Shown here: piece by piece, positions 54,559 to 63,436 of the stretch
Position numbering within the stretch: the stretch's first letter is position 1
How the letters are laid out: each line of letters opens with the position of its first letter
Source: Rhodothermales bacterium
GTDB taxonomy: Bacteria > Bacteroidota > Rhodothermia > Rhodothermales > JANQRZ01
Reading direction: 5' to 3'
DNA: 64,000 nt
Assembly (NCBI GenBank): GCA_038232935.1
Contig: JBBSMX010000001.1
Span: forward strand, 9,585-73,584
Made by a program: the position numbers and the translations under genes
The notes under the pieces: generated by a model
Database searches by the model: none
Told to the model about the DNA's origin: nothing
Seen by the model: only the letters and a program-made list of their open reading frames with translations

Positions 54559-56024
54559 CCGACGCATCGATCCTGGGAAATGGAGCGAGCGTGCCTGAGG
54601 AGAACGGGCCGTCTGGCAAGAAGCACGCCGAGGCGATCATTCTCGTCGTCGACGACGAGTCGGACCTGGCCTCGCTCATCCGGCAGAAATTCCGCCGCCG
54701 CATCCGGCAAGGTGAACTCGCGTTCCTCTTCGCTGGTGACGGGCAGGAGGCCCTCGATCAGATCCGTTCGCACCCCCATGTGGACCTCGTGCTGACGGAC
54801 ATCAACATGCCTCGGATGGACGGGCTGACCCTGCTGGCCGAACTGACACGGCTCGGCGGGGGAGAGGGCCAGCCCGGTGCCGTCGTCGTGACCGCCTACG
54901 GCGACATGATGAACATCCGCACGGCGATGAACCGGGGCGCGTTCGACTTCCTCACCAAGCCCATCGATCTCGACGACCTCGAAGTCACCGTAGATAAGGC
55001 GCTGGAACGAGTGCGGGAGCAGAAGCAAGCGGCCCACGCCCGCGAGACGGTCGGGCGCTACCTCTCGGACGAGGTGGCCGAGGCCCTCCTCGTCGGGCCG
55101 GAAGCGACCGAGCTCGGCGGCGAGCGGCGGTGCGTGACCATCCTGATGTCCGACCTCCGCGGCTTCTCCGCCCTCAGCGAGCGGCTCGACCCCGAGAACG
55201 TCGTGGACGTGCTCAACATCCATCTCGGCGTGATGGGCGACGTTATCGCCGAATACGGCGGGACGATCGACGAGTACATCGGCGACGGCATCCTCGTGTT
55301 GTTCGGGGCTCCGGTGGCGTGCGATGACCACGCGCGCCGGGCCGTCGCCTGCGCCGTGGCGATGCAGCTTGCGATGGAGCAGGTGAACGAGCGCGTCGCG
55401 GCCATCGGGCTGCCGCGCCTCCAGATGGGCATCGGCATCAACACCGGGGACGTGGTGGTTGGCAACATCGGCTCGGAGAGGCGGATGAAGTACGGGGTCG
55501 TGGGGAGCCCGGTGAACGAGGCGGGGCGGATCGAGTCGGCCACGGTGGGCGGGCAGATCCTGATCTCCGAGTCGACGCTGACCGAGGCCGGGCCGGACGT
55601 GCAGATCCGCCGCGCGATGAAGCTGGGCGCGAAGGGGTTCGCCGAGCCGATCCCGCTCTTCGAGGTGGAAGGCGTCGGCGGGTCGTACGGGCTCGGCCTG
55701 CCTGCGGAGTCGCGCGTGCATCATTCGTTGCCGCGTCCGCTCCCCATCCGGTTCTACGTCCTCGATGGGAAGCACTTCGGTACCGAAGCCGTCGACGCGG
55801 ATTTCGTCGCGCTCTCCGAGACCGGCGGCGTGCTCCGTACGGACCACACGCTCGAACCGTTCACGGACCTCAAGCTGCACGTGCCGCTGCCGAAGGCCGA
55901 GAAACCGGGGTACGCGTACGCGAAGGTGTTGGAGACCTCCGACAAGGGGTACGCGGTGCACTTTACCGCGATGGCGGACGAGGTAGGTGAGGTGCTCCGG
56001 GCCCACGTCGACCAAGCCGCGTAA
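54555..56024 (+). CDS. response-regulator receiver + class III nucleotidyl cyclase + C-terminal PilZ-like beta-barrel (tentative)
   Basis: REC: IILVVDDES, LVLTDINMPRMDG, FLTKP. Cyclase: VTILMSDLRGFSAL, TIDEYIGDGILVLFGAP, GNIGSERRMKYGVVGSPVNEAGRIES. ATG at 54555. Confidence 0.85.
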   Translation: MTDASILGNGASVPEENGPSGKKHAEAIILVVDDESDLASLIRQKFRRRIRQGELAFLFAGDGQEALDQIRSHPHVDLVLTDINMPRMDGLTLLAELTRLGGGEGQPGAVVVTAYGDMMNIRTAMNRGAFDFLTKPIDLDDLEVTVDKALERVREQKQAAHARETVGRYLSDEVAEALLVGPEATELGGERRCVTILMSDLRGFSALSERLDPENVVDVLNIHLGVMGDVIAEYGGTIDEYIGDGILVLFGAPVACDDHARRAVACAVAMQLAMEQVNERVAAIGLPRLQMGIGINTGDVVVGNIGSERRMKYGVVGSPVNEAGRIESATVGGQILISESTLTEAGPDVQIRRAMKLGAKGFAEPIPLFEVEGVGGSYGLGLPAESRVHHSLPRPLPIRFYVLDGKHFGTEAVDADFVALSETGGVLRTDHTLEPFTDLKLHVPLPKAEKPGYAYAKVLETSDKGYAVHFTAMADEVGEVLRAHVDQAA

Positions 56025-56129
56025 ATGCCTGCGGTCGTAGGTTGCGGAGGCCCGTTGCAAGCGTTCGCTGCCGGTCAACGGCGCTCGAACTGATAGTCTA
56101 GCATCCACCCATTCACCGCCACGCTGCCG

Positions 56130-57128
56130 ATGGACCCACTCCTGCTCGTGTTCCGCATCGCCGTCCTCGGGCTCGCCGGCTACCTCTGGTGGTCGAGCCG
56201 GCGGCTGGCGGGGGAGAACGCGCGGTTGCGGGCGGAGGCGGAAGAAGCGGCGGCGGTGCAGCGGGAGCAGGAGGCGGCGCTCGAGGCCGCGCGGGAGGGC
56301 CTCCGGGTCAAAGAGGATCAGATCGTCCGGGCGCGCCACCTCGCTTCCCTCGGCCAGCTCATCGGCGGCATCGCCCACGAGATCAAGAACCCGCTCAACT
56401 TCGTCAACAACTTCGCCCGGCTCTCGGTGGAGCTCGCGGACGAGCTGAAGGAGACGCTGGAAGAGCACCGCGACGCGCCCGTGAGCGAGGTGCTGGATGA
56501 GGTGCAGGACCTGCTCGATGACATCGCCCACAACGCTGCGAAGATCGCCGAGCACGGCGAGCGGGCCGATGGGACGGTCCGCAGCATGCTGATGCACGCG
56601 CGTCCGAACGCCAACCAGCGCCAGCCGACGGACCTCAACAAGCTCCTCGCCGAATACGCGAACCTCGCCTATCACGGCATGCGCGCCTCCGATCCCCAGT
56701 TCAACGTGACGATCGAGCAGGACCTCGATCCGGCCGTGGGCGAGGTGCCGGTCGTGCCGCACAACCTCGGCCGCGTGTTCATCAACCTGTTCAACAACGC
56801 CTTCTACGCCGTCACTGAGAAGGCGGGCACCGACCCCTCGTTCGCACCGACGGTCTCGCTGAAAACGGAGGCACGCGATGGTGAGGTGGAGATCCGCGTG
56901 GCGGACAACGGGACGGGGATCCCAGCGGAAGCCCGCGTTCAAGTCTTCGAGCCGTTCTTCACGACCAAGCCGGCCGGCGCAGGAACCGGCCTCGGCCTCT
57001 CGCTCTCATACGAGATCGTCACGAAGGGACACGGCGGGACGATGGAGGTCGAGTCGCGAGAGGGGGAGGGCACCGTGTTCGTCATCACGATTCCGAGAGC
57101 GCTCCCGGAGGCGGGCGGCCATGAATAG
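56130..57128 (+). CDS. sensor histidine kinase (one N-terminal TM, coiled coil, HisKA, HATPase)
   Basis: H-box GGIAHEIKNPLN, N-box INLFNNAFYA, G-boxes DNGTGI and GTGLGLS. Confidence 0.9.
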   Translation: MDPLLLVFRIAVLGLAGYLWWSSRRLAGENARLRAEAEEAAAVQREQEAALEAAREGLRVKEDQIVRARHLASLGQLIGGIAHEIKNPLNFVNNFARLSVELADELKETLEEHRDAPVSEVLDEVQDLLDDIAHNAAKIAEHGERADGTVRSMLMHARPNANQRQPTDLNKLLAEYANLAYHGMRASDPQFNVTIEQDLDPAVGEVPVVPHNLGRVFINLFNNAFYAVTEKAGTDPSFAPTVSLKTEARDGEVEIRVADNGTGIPAEARVQVFEPFFTTKPAGAGTGLGLSLSYEIVTKGHGGTMEVESREGEGTVFVITIPRALPEAGGHE

Positions 57129-57681
57129 TCTGTGGGCCAACATTTTCCGGCCGAAACCAGTCGCCGGGACGAAAGAGCTGCTGCGTAATGTCCCCATGTT
57201 CGCCGGGCTGGACCGGCGCGAGCTGGCGGAGCTGGAGAAGATCCTCTACCGCCGTCAGTACCGCACCGACGAGGTGATCTTCCGGCAGGCGGATCCGGGC
57301 GTCGGGATGTACGTGATCGAGTACGGCACCGTCGTCATCCTCCACGAGCCCACGGGCCGCCGGATGGCGGAGTTGCAGGGCGGCGAGTCCTTCGGCGAGA
57401 TCGCCCTCTTGAATGAGACCCCGCGCTCGGCGCGCGCGACGGCCACCTCGCCGACGGTCCTCTACGGGCTGTTCCAACCCGAGCTGTTCGACCTCGTACA
57501 GCGCGCGCCTCGGTTGGGCGTGAAGCTGCTACTGCCGCTCGCTCAGAACCTCGGCGCGCGGCTCGTCCACGCGGACGACGAGCTTCAGCGCCTGCACGAG
57601 CGCGTAGAGACGGTTGCCTCAGCGACATCCGACCCAGATACGGCGGGCGAAGACCCGGACTCCGATGCCGCGATGGGCTAA
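57121..57681 (+). CDS. stand-alone cyclic-nucleotide-binding domain protein (no HTH)
   Basis: ..VPMFAGLDRRELAELE.. ..GESFGEIALLNETPRSARATA.. ATG 57121 overlaps the kinase stop by 8 nt. Confidence 0.85.
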   Translation: MNSLWANIFRPKPVAGTKELLRNVPMFAGLDRRELAELEKILYRRQYRTDEVIFRQADPGVGMYVIEYGTVVILHEPTGRRMAELQGGESFGEIALLNETPRSARATATSPTVLYGLFQPELFDLVQRAPRLGVKLLLPLAQNLGARLVHADDELQRLHERVETVASATSDPDTAGEDPDSDAAMG

Positions 57682-58687
57682 ACTCCTGCTGATCGCGCTG
57701 GCGGTGGTGGCCGCAGGCTGGCTGCTCGCGCCCGTCGGCGGCGTCGTGCAATTGATCGTGCTCGGGGCGCTGCTGGCGTATCTGCTGGACCCCCTCGTGG
57801 TCTGGCTGGAGGCACGCGGGATCAGCCGCGGGTGGGCGTCGGCGTCGGTCTTCGTCGGGTTGTTCGTCGTCATCGGGGTGCCGCTCATACTGCTGTTCCC
57901 GTCGCTGGCGGCGCAGATCAGTTCGCTCCAGGAAGGGATCGACCTGGAGGCAGCGTCCGACGTGATGGAGGAGGTGGAGCAGTGGCTCGGCGGCCGGCTG
58001 GCCCCGCTGGGCATCCCGCAGCCGGACCTGCGCGGGCGGATGGGGGAGTTCGCCTCGGAGCACCTCGCCGATGTGGTCGGCTTCGTGCCGGGCGTGCTGG
58101 GGCTCCTGACGCAGGTCATCGTCGTCCCGGTGATCGCGTTCTTCGTGCTCAAAGATGGGCGGCGCTTCCGGCGGCGCTTCATTAGCGCGGTCCCGAATCG
58201 CTACTTCGAGTTCTCCCTCAACGCCTTGCGCAAGGCCGACGCGCAGCTCGGCGGCTACCTGCGCGGCCAGCTCCTCGCCGCCCTCATCGTCGGGCTTCTG
58301 GCGACGTTTGCGCTCTGGCTGATCGGCGTAGACTACTACTTCCTCCTCGGCGCGGTGGCGGGGCTGGCGAACCTGATCCCGTTCCTCGGCCCGCTCATCG
58401 GCGGCGTCGTCGCCGTCGCCGCCTCCGTCACGACGACGGGGGCGTTGGATCAGGTGCTCCCCATCGTCGTCGCGTTCTCCATCATTCAACTCATCGACAA
58501 TCTCGGCTCGCAGCCCCTCCTGCTGTCGCGGAACGTGGAATTGCACCCGCTCGTGATCCTGCTCGTCCTGCTGGCGGCGAGCGAGGCGCTCGGGCTGATC
58601 GGCCTGCTGCTGGCCGTCCCCGCCGCCGCCGTGCTGAAAGTGCTCGTACAGGAGTTCGTGACGACGTTCCGCAGCTACCAGTTTTAG
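57665..58687 (+). CDS. AI-2E/PerM-family transporter
   Basis: 8-TM profile, with ..FFVLKDGRRF.. and ..LIPFLGPLIGG.. motifs. The ATG overlaps the upstream gene by 17 nt. Confidence 0.8.
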   Translation: MPRWAKLLLIALAVVAAGWLLAPVGGVVQLIVLGALLAYLLDPLVVWLEARGISRGWASASVFVGLFVVIGVPLILLFPSLAAQISSLQEGIDLEAASDVMEEVEQWLGGRLAPLGIPQPDLRGRMGEFASEHLADVVGFVPGVLGLLTQVIVVPVIAFFVLKDGRRFRRRFISAVPNRYFEFSLNALRKADAQLGGYLRGQLLAALIVGLLATFALWLIGVDYYFLLGAVAGLANLIPFLGPLIGGVVAVAASVTTTGALDQVLPIVVAFSIIQLIDNLGSQPLLLSRNVELHPLVILLVLLAASEALGLIGLLLAVPAAAVLKVLVQEFVTTFRSYQF

Positions 58688-58737
58688 CGAGTGGCCATTC
58701 GTCGAAGGACGAGTGACAACGGACAACCATCTTCCCC

Positions 58738-59229
58738 ATGAAAACCATCCTCCTCCTCCGTCACGGCAAATCCGACTGGGACGCCGATTTCGGCCACGAC
58801 CACGACCGGCCCCTCGCCAAGCGCGGCCGGAAGGCGGCCAAGACGATGGGGAAATTCCTCGTCGCGAGTGGCACCCTCCCGGACCGCATCGTGACCTCGA
58901 CGGCCAAACGGGCGCGGACGACGCTGGAGCTCGCGTGCAAGGCCGGCGGGCTGACGGCACCGGTGCGCGAAGCACGCGAACTTTACGGGGCCGGCCCTAC
59001 CGATCTTCTCCGCGAAATCCACGCGGCGGACGACGCGGCAGACGTGCTGCTCCTCGTCGGCCACCAGCCGGGGTGGGGCGAGACGGTCAGCCGGCTCATC
59101 GGGGGCGGGGCCGTTCAGTTCCCGACGGCCGCGCTCGCGCGCGTGGATGTGGACGTGCAGCAATGGCGGGACGTGGCGTTCGGGCGGGGCGAGCTGGTCT
59201 GGCTCGTCCCGCCGAAAGCGCTGGGCTGA
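58738..59229 (+). CDS. sixA: SixA-type phosphohistidine phosphatase (histidine phosphatase superfamily)
   Basis: MKTILLLRHGKSDW (RHG motif), ..LVGHQPGWGE.. Confidence 0.8.
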   Translation: MKTILLLRHGKSDWDADFGHDHDRPLAKRGRKAAKTMGKFLVASGTLPDRIVTSTAKRARTTLELACKAGGLTAPVREARELYGAGPTDLLREIHAADDAADVLLLVGHQPGWGETVSRLIGGGAVQFPTAALARVDVDVQQWRDVAFGRGELVWLVPPKALG

Positions 59230-59259
59230 GCCACCGACCACTCAGCCGGGAGTCGATGG

Positions 59260-59292
59260 GGGGGTCGAGCGGAAACGCCCCGCTCGACCCCC
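59260..59292. terminator. 13-bp GC-rich hairpin between convergent sixA and the protease gene
   Basis: GGGGGTCGAGCGG-AAACGCC-CCGCTCGACCCCC. No clear T-tract. Confidence 0.45.
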
Positions 59293-59326
59293 ACATGCTA
59301 ACTCAGGCATGCGCAGGACGTTCGGC

Positions 59327-61486
59327 TCACCGGAGCAGCGTTACACGCTGCGTCTGTGTGAAGGCCCGCTTGTTGCCCGCAGCTTCTACACGCACGACGT
59401 ACACCCCGCTCGGCAACCGCGCGCCGTCAAACGCTACCTCGTGCTCACCCGCTGCATAGGCTCCTTCAGCTAGGCGGACGACCTCACGCCCGAGTACGTC
59501 GTAGACGCCTATACGCACGTCAGCGGTCTCGGGCAGCAACAGCGTCAGCGTCGTCGCGGCGTGGAACGGGTTCGGGCGGGCCGCCTGCAACGCGTAGGCA
59601 GCCGGTACCCCCGGCGTCTCTTCACCCGCTACCGGCTCGCTCGGCCGCCCGTTGCAACTGGCCCCGCACGGCTTCGCCAGGATCGTGTAAGCGAAAGCTG
59701 CATTGGCGGCGGTAGTCGGGTAGTAGCCGTAGTACGTCTGCCCATCGCTGCTCCAGACCTCGTAGACGTAGGTCCTCAGCGTCACGTTCGGAGAGGAGTT
59801 CGAGACCACGTCCGTGAAAGAGAGGCCGTAGGTGTACGGCACGGATTGGTTGGGCGGGTCGTCCTGACCCCAGCCCTGGTTAGCCGGGATGCCGGAGCCA
59901 CCGCCCCGCCCCCAGATGTAGGGCGTCCCGTCGAAGAAACCGACGTTGACCGTCCGCCGGACCTCGCGGCGCTTGACGCGGTAGAGCCCATCGACGAGGT
60001 TGTCGTTGGGGTTGTAGATGTAGAGGTCGTACTGGCCGGAGGTGCTGTAGACGCTCCCGCCGCCAGTGACGGAGGCGCGCGTGAGCTGCCACGGGCTCTC
60101 GAGGAAGGCCAGCGCCTTGTCCGCGTTGATGCGGCCCGTGCCGTACAGGTTGTCAAAGCCGGGATCGCCTTTGTCATCTGCTGAGAGGCGGATGATCTGC
60201 TCTACGTCGTCGGGGTAGTTCTGGAGGCTACCGCCGTAGGACATAAGCAGGGCCGCCAGGCCACTCGTCGCGGGCGTAGAGAACGAGGTGCCGTAGTTAT
60301 AGTCGTAGGTGTTGGTCGGGAACGTCGTGTAGATCCGGCCGTTGCCGCTGGTGGCACCGCCGGGCGCGGCCACGTCGATCCACGAGCCCGTACTCGAATA
60401 GCTCGCCCTCACGTCGAACTGGGTCGTGGCACCGACGGTGATGAACCCCTGGCCGTAGGCCGCCGGGTACTGGACGACGTTGCCTGACTGATTCCCCATC
60501 GAGACGGCGATGGAGCGGCCCAGGCGGTAGGCATCGGCGAACGCCTGACGGAGATCCACGGAATAGGTGCCCACCGGGACCAGCTTCCAGCTATTGTTGA
60601 GGACGTTCGCGCCCCGGTTGTAGGCGCTCTGAACGGCCGCGACGAAATCGGCAGCCGAGCCGTTGCCGTAGTCTTCGTTGATGATGCCCACACCCCAGGC
60701 GACGCCCGCGATGCCAGTGCCGTTGTTGCCTTTCGCCGCAGCGACACCGGCCACCGCCGTCCCGTGTGAGCAGTTGTTGGCGGCGTCCCCGCTCGCGCGC
60801 CCGGTAAAGTCGGTGTGGCTCGTCTGCATGCCGCAATCTATCACCCCGACCTTCACCCAGCTATCCCCGGTCTCGCGGTTCCAGGCCAGGTAGGTCTTCA
60901 TGTCGGCACCGGGCGTACCGCTTCCTTGCAGCACCGTGCCGTCGTTCTTGTGCATCCACTGGCGGCCGAACTCCGTGTCGTTCGGGGTGAGGAGCACCTC
61001 GATCAGCGCCTGTTCCTCTCGGACGGGGGCGTAGCTCACGATGTCGTCGGGCTCGCCGCGCACGTTGGGATGGGCGTAGACGACGTCCGGCCGCGCCCGT
61101 AGCAGGGCAAGGAACGCCGCGCGCGACGTGGTGCTCCCGCTGCGCTGGGTGAGGACGTAGACGTCGGTCCAGTCGGTGAGCCCCACCGTTTCGCCGGTGC
61201 CGAGTGTAGCGAAGCGGTCTTCGGGATCGAAGCCCGGAATGATCTGCCGCATCGTCTCGACCTGCGCGTCGAGGAGTAATTGGAGGAGTGCGGGTGTGCT
61301 GAAGACGTAGGTTTCCGGCGAGGCCGGTGCCCCGTCTGTGGCGCTGCCCAGGACGGTGCCCGGCGTGAAGCGGACGATGACCTCGCGGTCGATGACAGAG
61401 GACTGTGCCTGAGCAGGCAGGGCGGAGGCCAAGCCGAGGAGCGCGCAGAGCAGCAATCTCCGGCGCGGGAGCTGTAGCGAGTTCAT
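59327..61486 (-). CDS. S8 (subtilisin-family) serine peptidase with T9SS-type C-terminal sorting domain
   Basis: Signal peptide MNSLQLPRRRLLLCALLGLASALPAQA. Triad contexts VGVIDCGM, HGTAVAGV and GTSFSTPATSG. C-terminus ..VRIGVYDVLGREVVRLAEG..LPSGVYVVRVEAAG.. Confidence 0.9.
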   Translation of the reverse strand: MNSLQLPRRRLLLCALLGLASALPAQAQSSVIDREVIVRFTPGTVLGSATDGAPASPETYVFSTPALLQLLLDAQVETMRQIIPGFDPEDRFATLGTGETVGLTDWTDVYVLTQRSGSTTSRAAFLALLRARPDVVYAHPNVRGEPDDIVSYAPVREEQALIEVLLTPNDTEFGRQWMHKNDGTVLQGSGTPGADMKTYLAWNRETGDSWVKVGVIDCGMQTSHTDFTGRASGDAANNCSHGTAVAGVAAAKGNNGTGIAGVAWGVGIINEDYGNGSAADFVAAVQSAYNRGANVLNNSWKLVPVGTYSVDLRQAFADAYRLGRSIAVSMGNQSGNVVQYPAAYGQGFITVGATTQFDVRASYSSTGSWIDVAAPGGATSGNGRIYTTFPTNTYDYNYGTSFSTPATSGLAALLMSYGGSLQNYPDDVEQIIRLSADDKGDPGFDNLYGTGRINADKALAFLESPWQLTRASVTGGGSVYSTSGQYDLYIYNPNDNLVDGLYRVKRREVRRTVNVGFFDGTPYIWGRGGGSGIPANQGWGQDDPPNQSVPYTYGLSFTDVVSNSSPNVTLRTYVYEVWSSDGQTYYGYYPTTAANAAFAYTILAKPCGASCNGRPSEPVAGEETPGVPAAYALQAARPNPFHAATTLTLLLPETADVRIGVYDVLGREVVRLAEGAYAAGEHEVAFDGARLPSGVYVVRVEAAGNKRAFTQTQRVTLLR

Positions 61487-61697
61487 GGCGGTCGGGTGGG
61501 TTCGGTTTGCACCGAGGTGAGCGTATCTTGCGCCGAACACACGAGCGCCCGAAACGGGAGCGACTGTGCGGCGCGTGGCTTCGCGATCTGTGGAGGATCG
61601 AGCGGGGTATGGGGTCGGCAGCGCCCGAGCCGGGCGCTCGTCTTTTCAGGGGGCAGGCATAGTAGGATGGGGGGTTAGGTGGAGGAAGCCGCCGGGG

Positions 61698-62810
61698 TCA
61701 GCAGCCGCCGGGGCAACGGCCCCAGGCGGGGAAGTAGTCGCTGAGCTGCGTGAGGTCGGAGCCGTCGCGCGCCATCGTGTAGAGCTGGCCGCTCCACCGC
61801 TCCGGCACGTTCTGCGAGCGCACAAAAGCAATCGTATTGCTATTCGGGTTCCAAGTGAAGTATTCGAGTGCGTCATTGGGTTCAAGACGCTCCACATGGG
61901 ACCCTTCAAGCACATAGATAAAGCGGCCTTCTCCGGTATCTGGCAGTCCCCAGAACACAATGCGTTGGTCGTCCGAACTCAACTGGGGGCTGCGCAAGAA
62001 GGTGTCCCTGACCTGAGGTTCATTCAAGCAAGTGAGCCGGGTGTAGCTACTGGGATCGCTGACGGAGATCCGAGCCAAGTCTCCATAGAGGTTTAGATAG
62101 TCGATGTAGATGAGTGAATCGCCCGTAGCATTCCACTCAGGTTCAAATCCGGGTGCTACATACGCTTCCCCGCTCCCATCCGCCCCTATGACCCATAGAT
62201 CTCCGCTCGTGTTGATACGGTAGGAGGTGAACGCAATGCGCTGCCCGTCGGGGCTCCAGGCGGGAGCGAAGTTGGTATTCTCCGTCGTCAACTGCCGCAG
62301 CGTCGAGAGGTCTACGCGCGCCGAGTCGAGGTCGGCCACCTCCACCGTGTAGATCTGCGGCACGGCCAGGTCGCTCAGGGCCAGGTGCCGTCCGTCCGGG
62401 CTCCAGTCCGGCTCGGCGAAGTCCCCCTCCAGGAGCGGCCTCTTCCCTCCCGTCTCCGTGTCGAGCAGCCAGATTCCGTTGACGTAGCCGTCGTAGCGGC
62501 AGTCGGCGTCGGTATCTATGCTATCGGCGTGGACGGCGGCGAGGTAGCGGCCGTCGGGGTGCCAGGCCGGGTCGGTGAAGAACGGAGCCCAGATCGGGTC
62601 GTTGCAGCCCTCGGCTTCCTCACAGAGCCGGAACTCGACGGGGGGGAACTCGCACGCGGCGGGGGGCGGGTCCGGATCGGGCGGGTCCGGGGGATCGGGC
62701 GGGAAGGCATCGCAGCCGCCGAGCCAGAGGAGCGCCGCCGCGAGGACGGCGAGGGCGAGTGTGCCAAGCCAGAGGGTCGGGCTCGAGGCCCGTAGCGTCC
62801 GAGCAGTCAT
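61698..62810 (-). CDS. TolB-like PD40 beta-propeller lipoprotein (start uncertain)
   Basis: Lipobox LWLGGC, a Pro/Asp-rich linker, and repeats WHPDGRYLA, WSPDGRHLA and WSPDGQRIAF. Confidence 0.75.
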   Translation of the reverse strand: MTARTLRASSPTLWLGTLALAVLAAALLWLGGCDAFPPDPPDPPDPDPPPAACEFPPVEFRLCEEAEGCNDPIWAPFFTDPAWHPDGRYLAAVHADSIDTDADCRYDGYVNGIWLLDTETGGKRPLLEGDFAEPDWSPDGRHLALSDLAVPQIYTVEVADLDSARVDLSTLRQLTTENTNFAPAWSPDGQRIAFTSYRINTSGDLWVIGADGSGEAYVAPGFEPEWNATGDSLIYIDYLNLYGDLARISVSDPSSYTRLTCLNEPQVRDTFLRSPQLSSDDQRIVFWGLPDTGEGRFIYVLEGSHVERLEPNDALEYFTWNPNSNTIAFVRSQNVPERWSGQLYTMARDGSDLTQLSDYFPAWGRCPGGC

Positions 62811-63004
62811 GGTCAGAGCGGTTGAGTTCAAAACCGGCCTGACCACTCCTCACCTTACTGGACAGCCAACGTGTCGTGCCTACGCATGAATCCGTCAGGT
62901 CACCGCCTAGTTTAAAAAAAACATCACCGGAATGCAAGAGAGTGACTGAATCTCTTGGCTAAGAAACTGGCTCCGAAAGCTGACTTTCCAATTTAATAAC
63001 GTGG

Positions 63005-63217
63005 ATGAACGCCGAGGGCGATGCGGCGGAGGTGCTGCTCCTCGTCGGTCACCAGCCGGGGTGGGGCGAGACGGTCAGCCGGCTCATCGGGGGCGGGGCC
63101 GTTCAGTTCCCGACGGCCGCGCTCGCGCGCGTGGATGTGGACGTGCAGCAATGGCGGGACGTGGCGTTCGGGCGGGGCGAGCTGATCTGGCTCGTTTCAC
63201 CGAAGGCGCTGGGGTGA
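63005..63217 (+). pseudogene. duplicated 3' fragment of sixA
   Basis: Encodes ..DAAEVLLLVGHQPGWGETVSRLIGGGAVQFPTAALARVDVDVQQWRDVAFGRGELIWLVSPKALG, colinear with the last 70 codons of sixA (59017-59229). A 135-bp stretch (63050-63184) is identical. Confidence 0.85.
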
Positions 63218-63436
63218 CGGTCGGTTGCCCTAGGCTCCCTTCACCCTGTTCCTCTCCCCGCCGGGGCGAGGGGACGTTCTCTGAACCGTTGGCGGTATTC
63301 GATGGGAGAGAACGTCGAAAGGGCAGAGAGGGGCGGTAGACAACTCGGGAATGAGGGTGCCTTCGGCCCCGGCAGAACGGCTCAGCGCATTCGTCGGATT
63401 CAGTAGAATCACGCCCACACGCCCACACGCCCAGCC

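Noticed and set aside
52871-59229. Calling the cyclic-nucleotide cluster a bona fide Pycsar antiphage system
   Set aside because: Canonical Pycsar is a two-gene cyclase + cNMP-binding effector pair. Here the cyclase is receiver-fused with a guanylyl-like specificity pair, the effector-like protein lacks a binding domain, and the context (kinase, SixA, permease) fits signalling equally well. It is kept as a hypothesis, not an annotation.
63410-63433. 8-bp unit CACGCCCA repeated three times just downstream of the last gene
   Set aside because: Too short and simple to interpret. It is probably slippage noise, or part of a terminator region.
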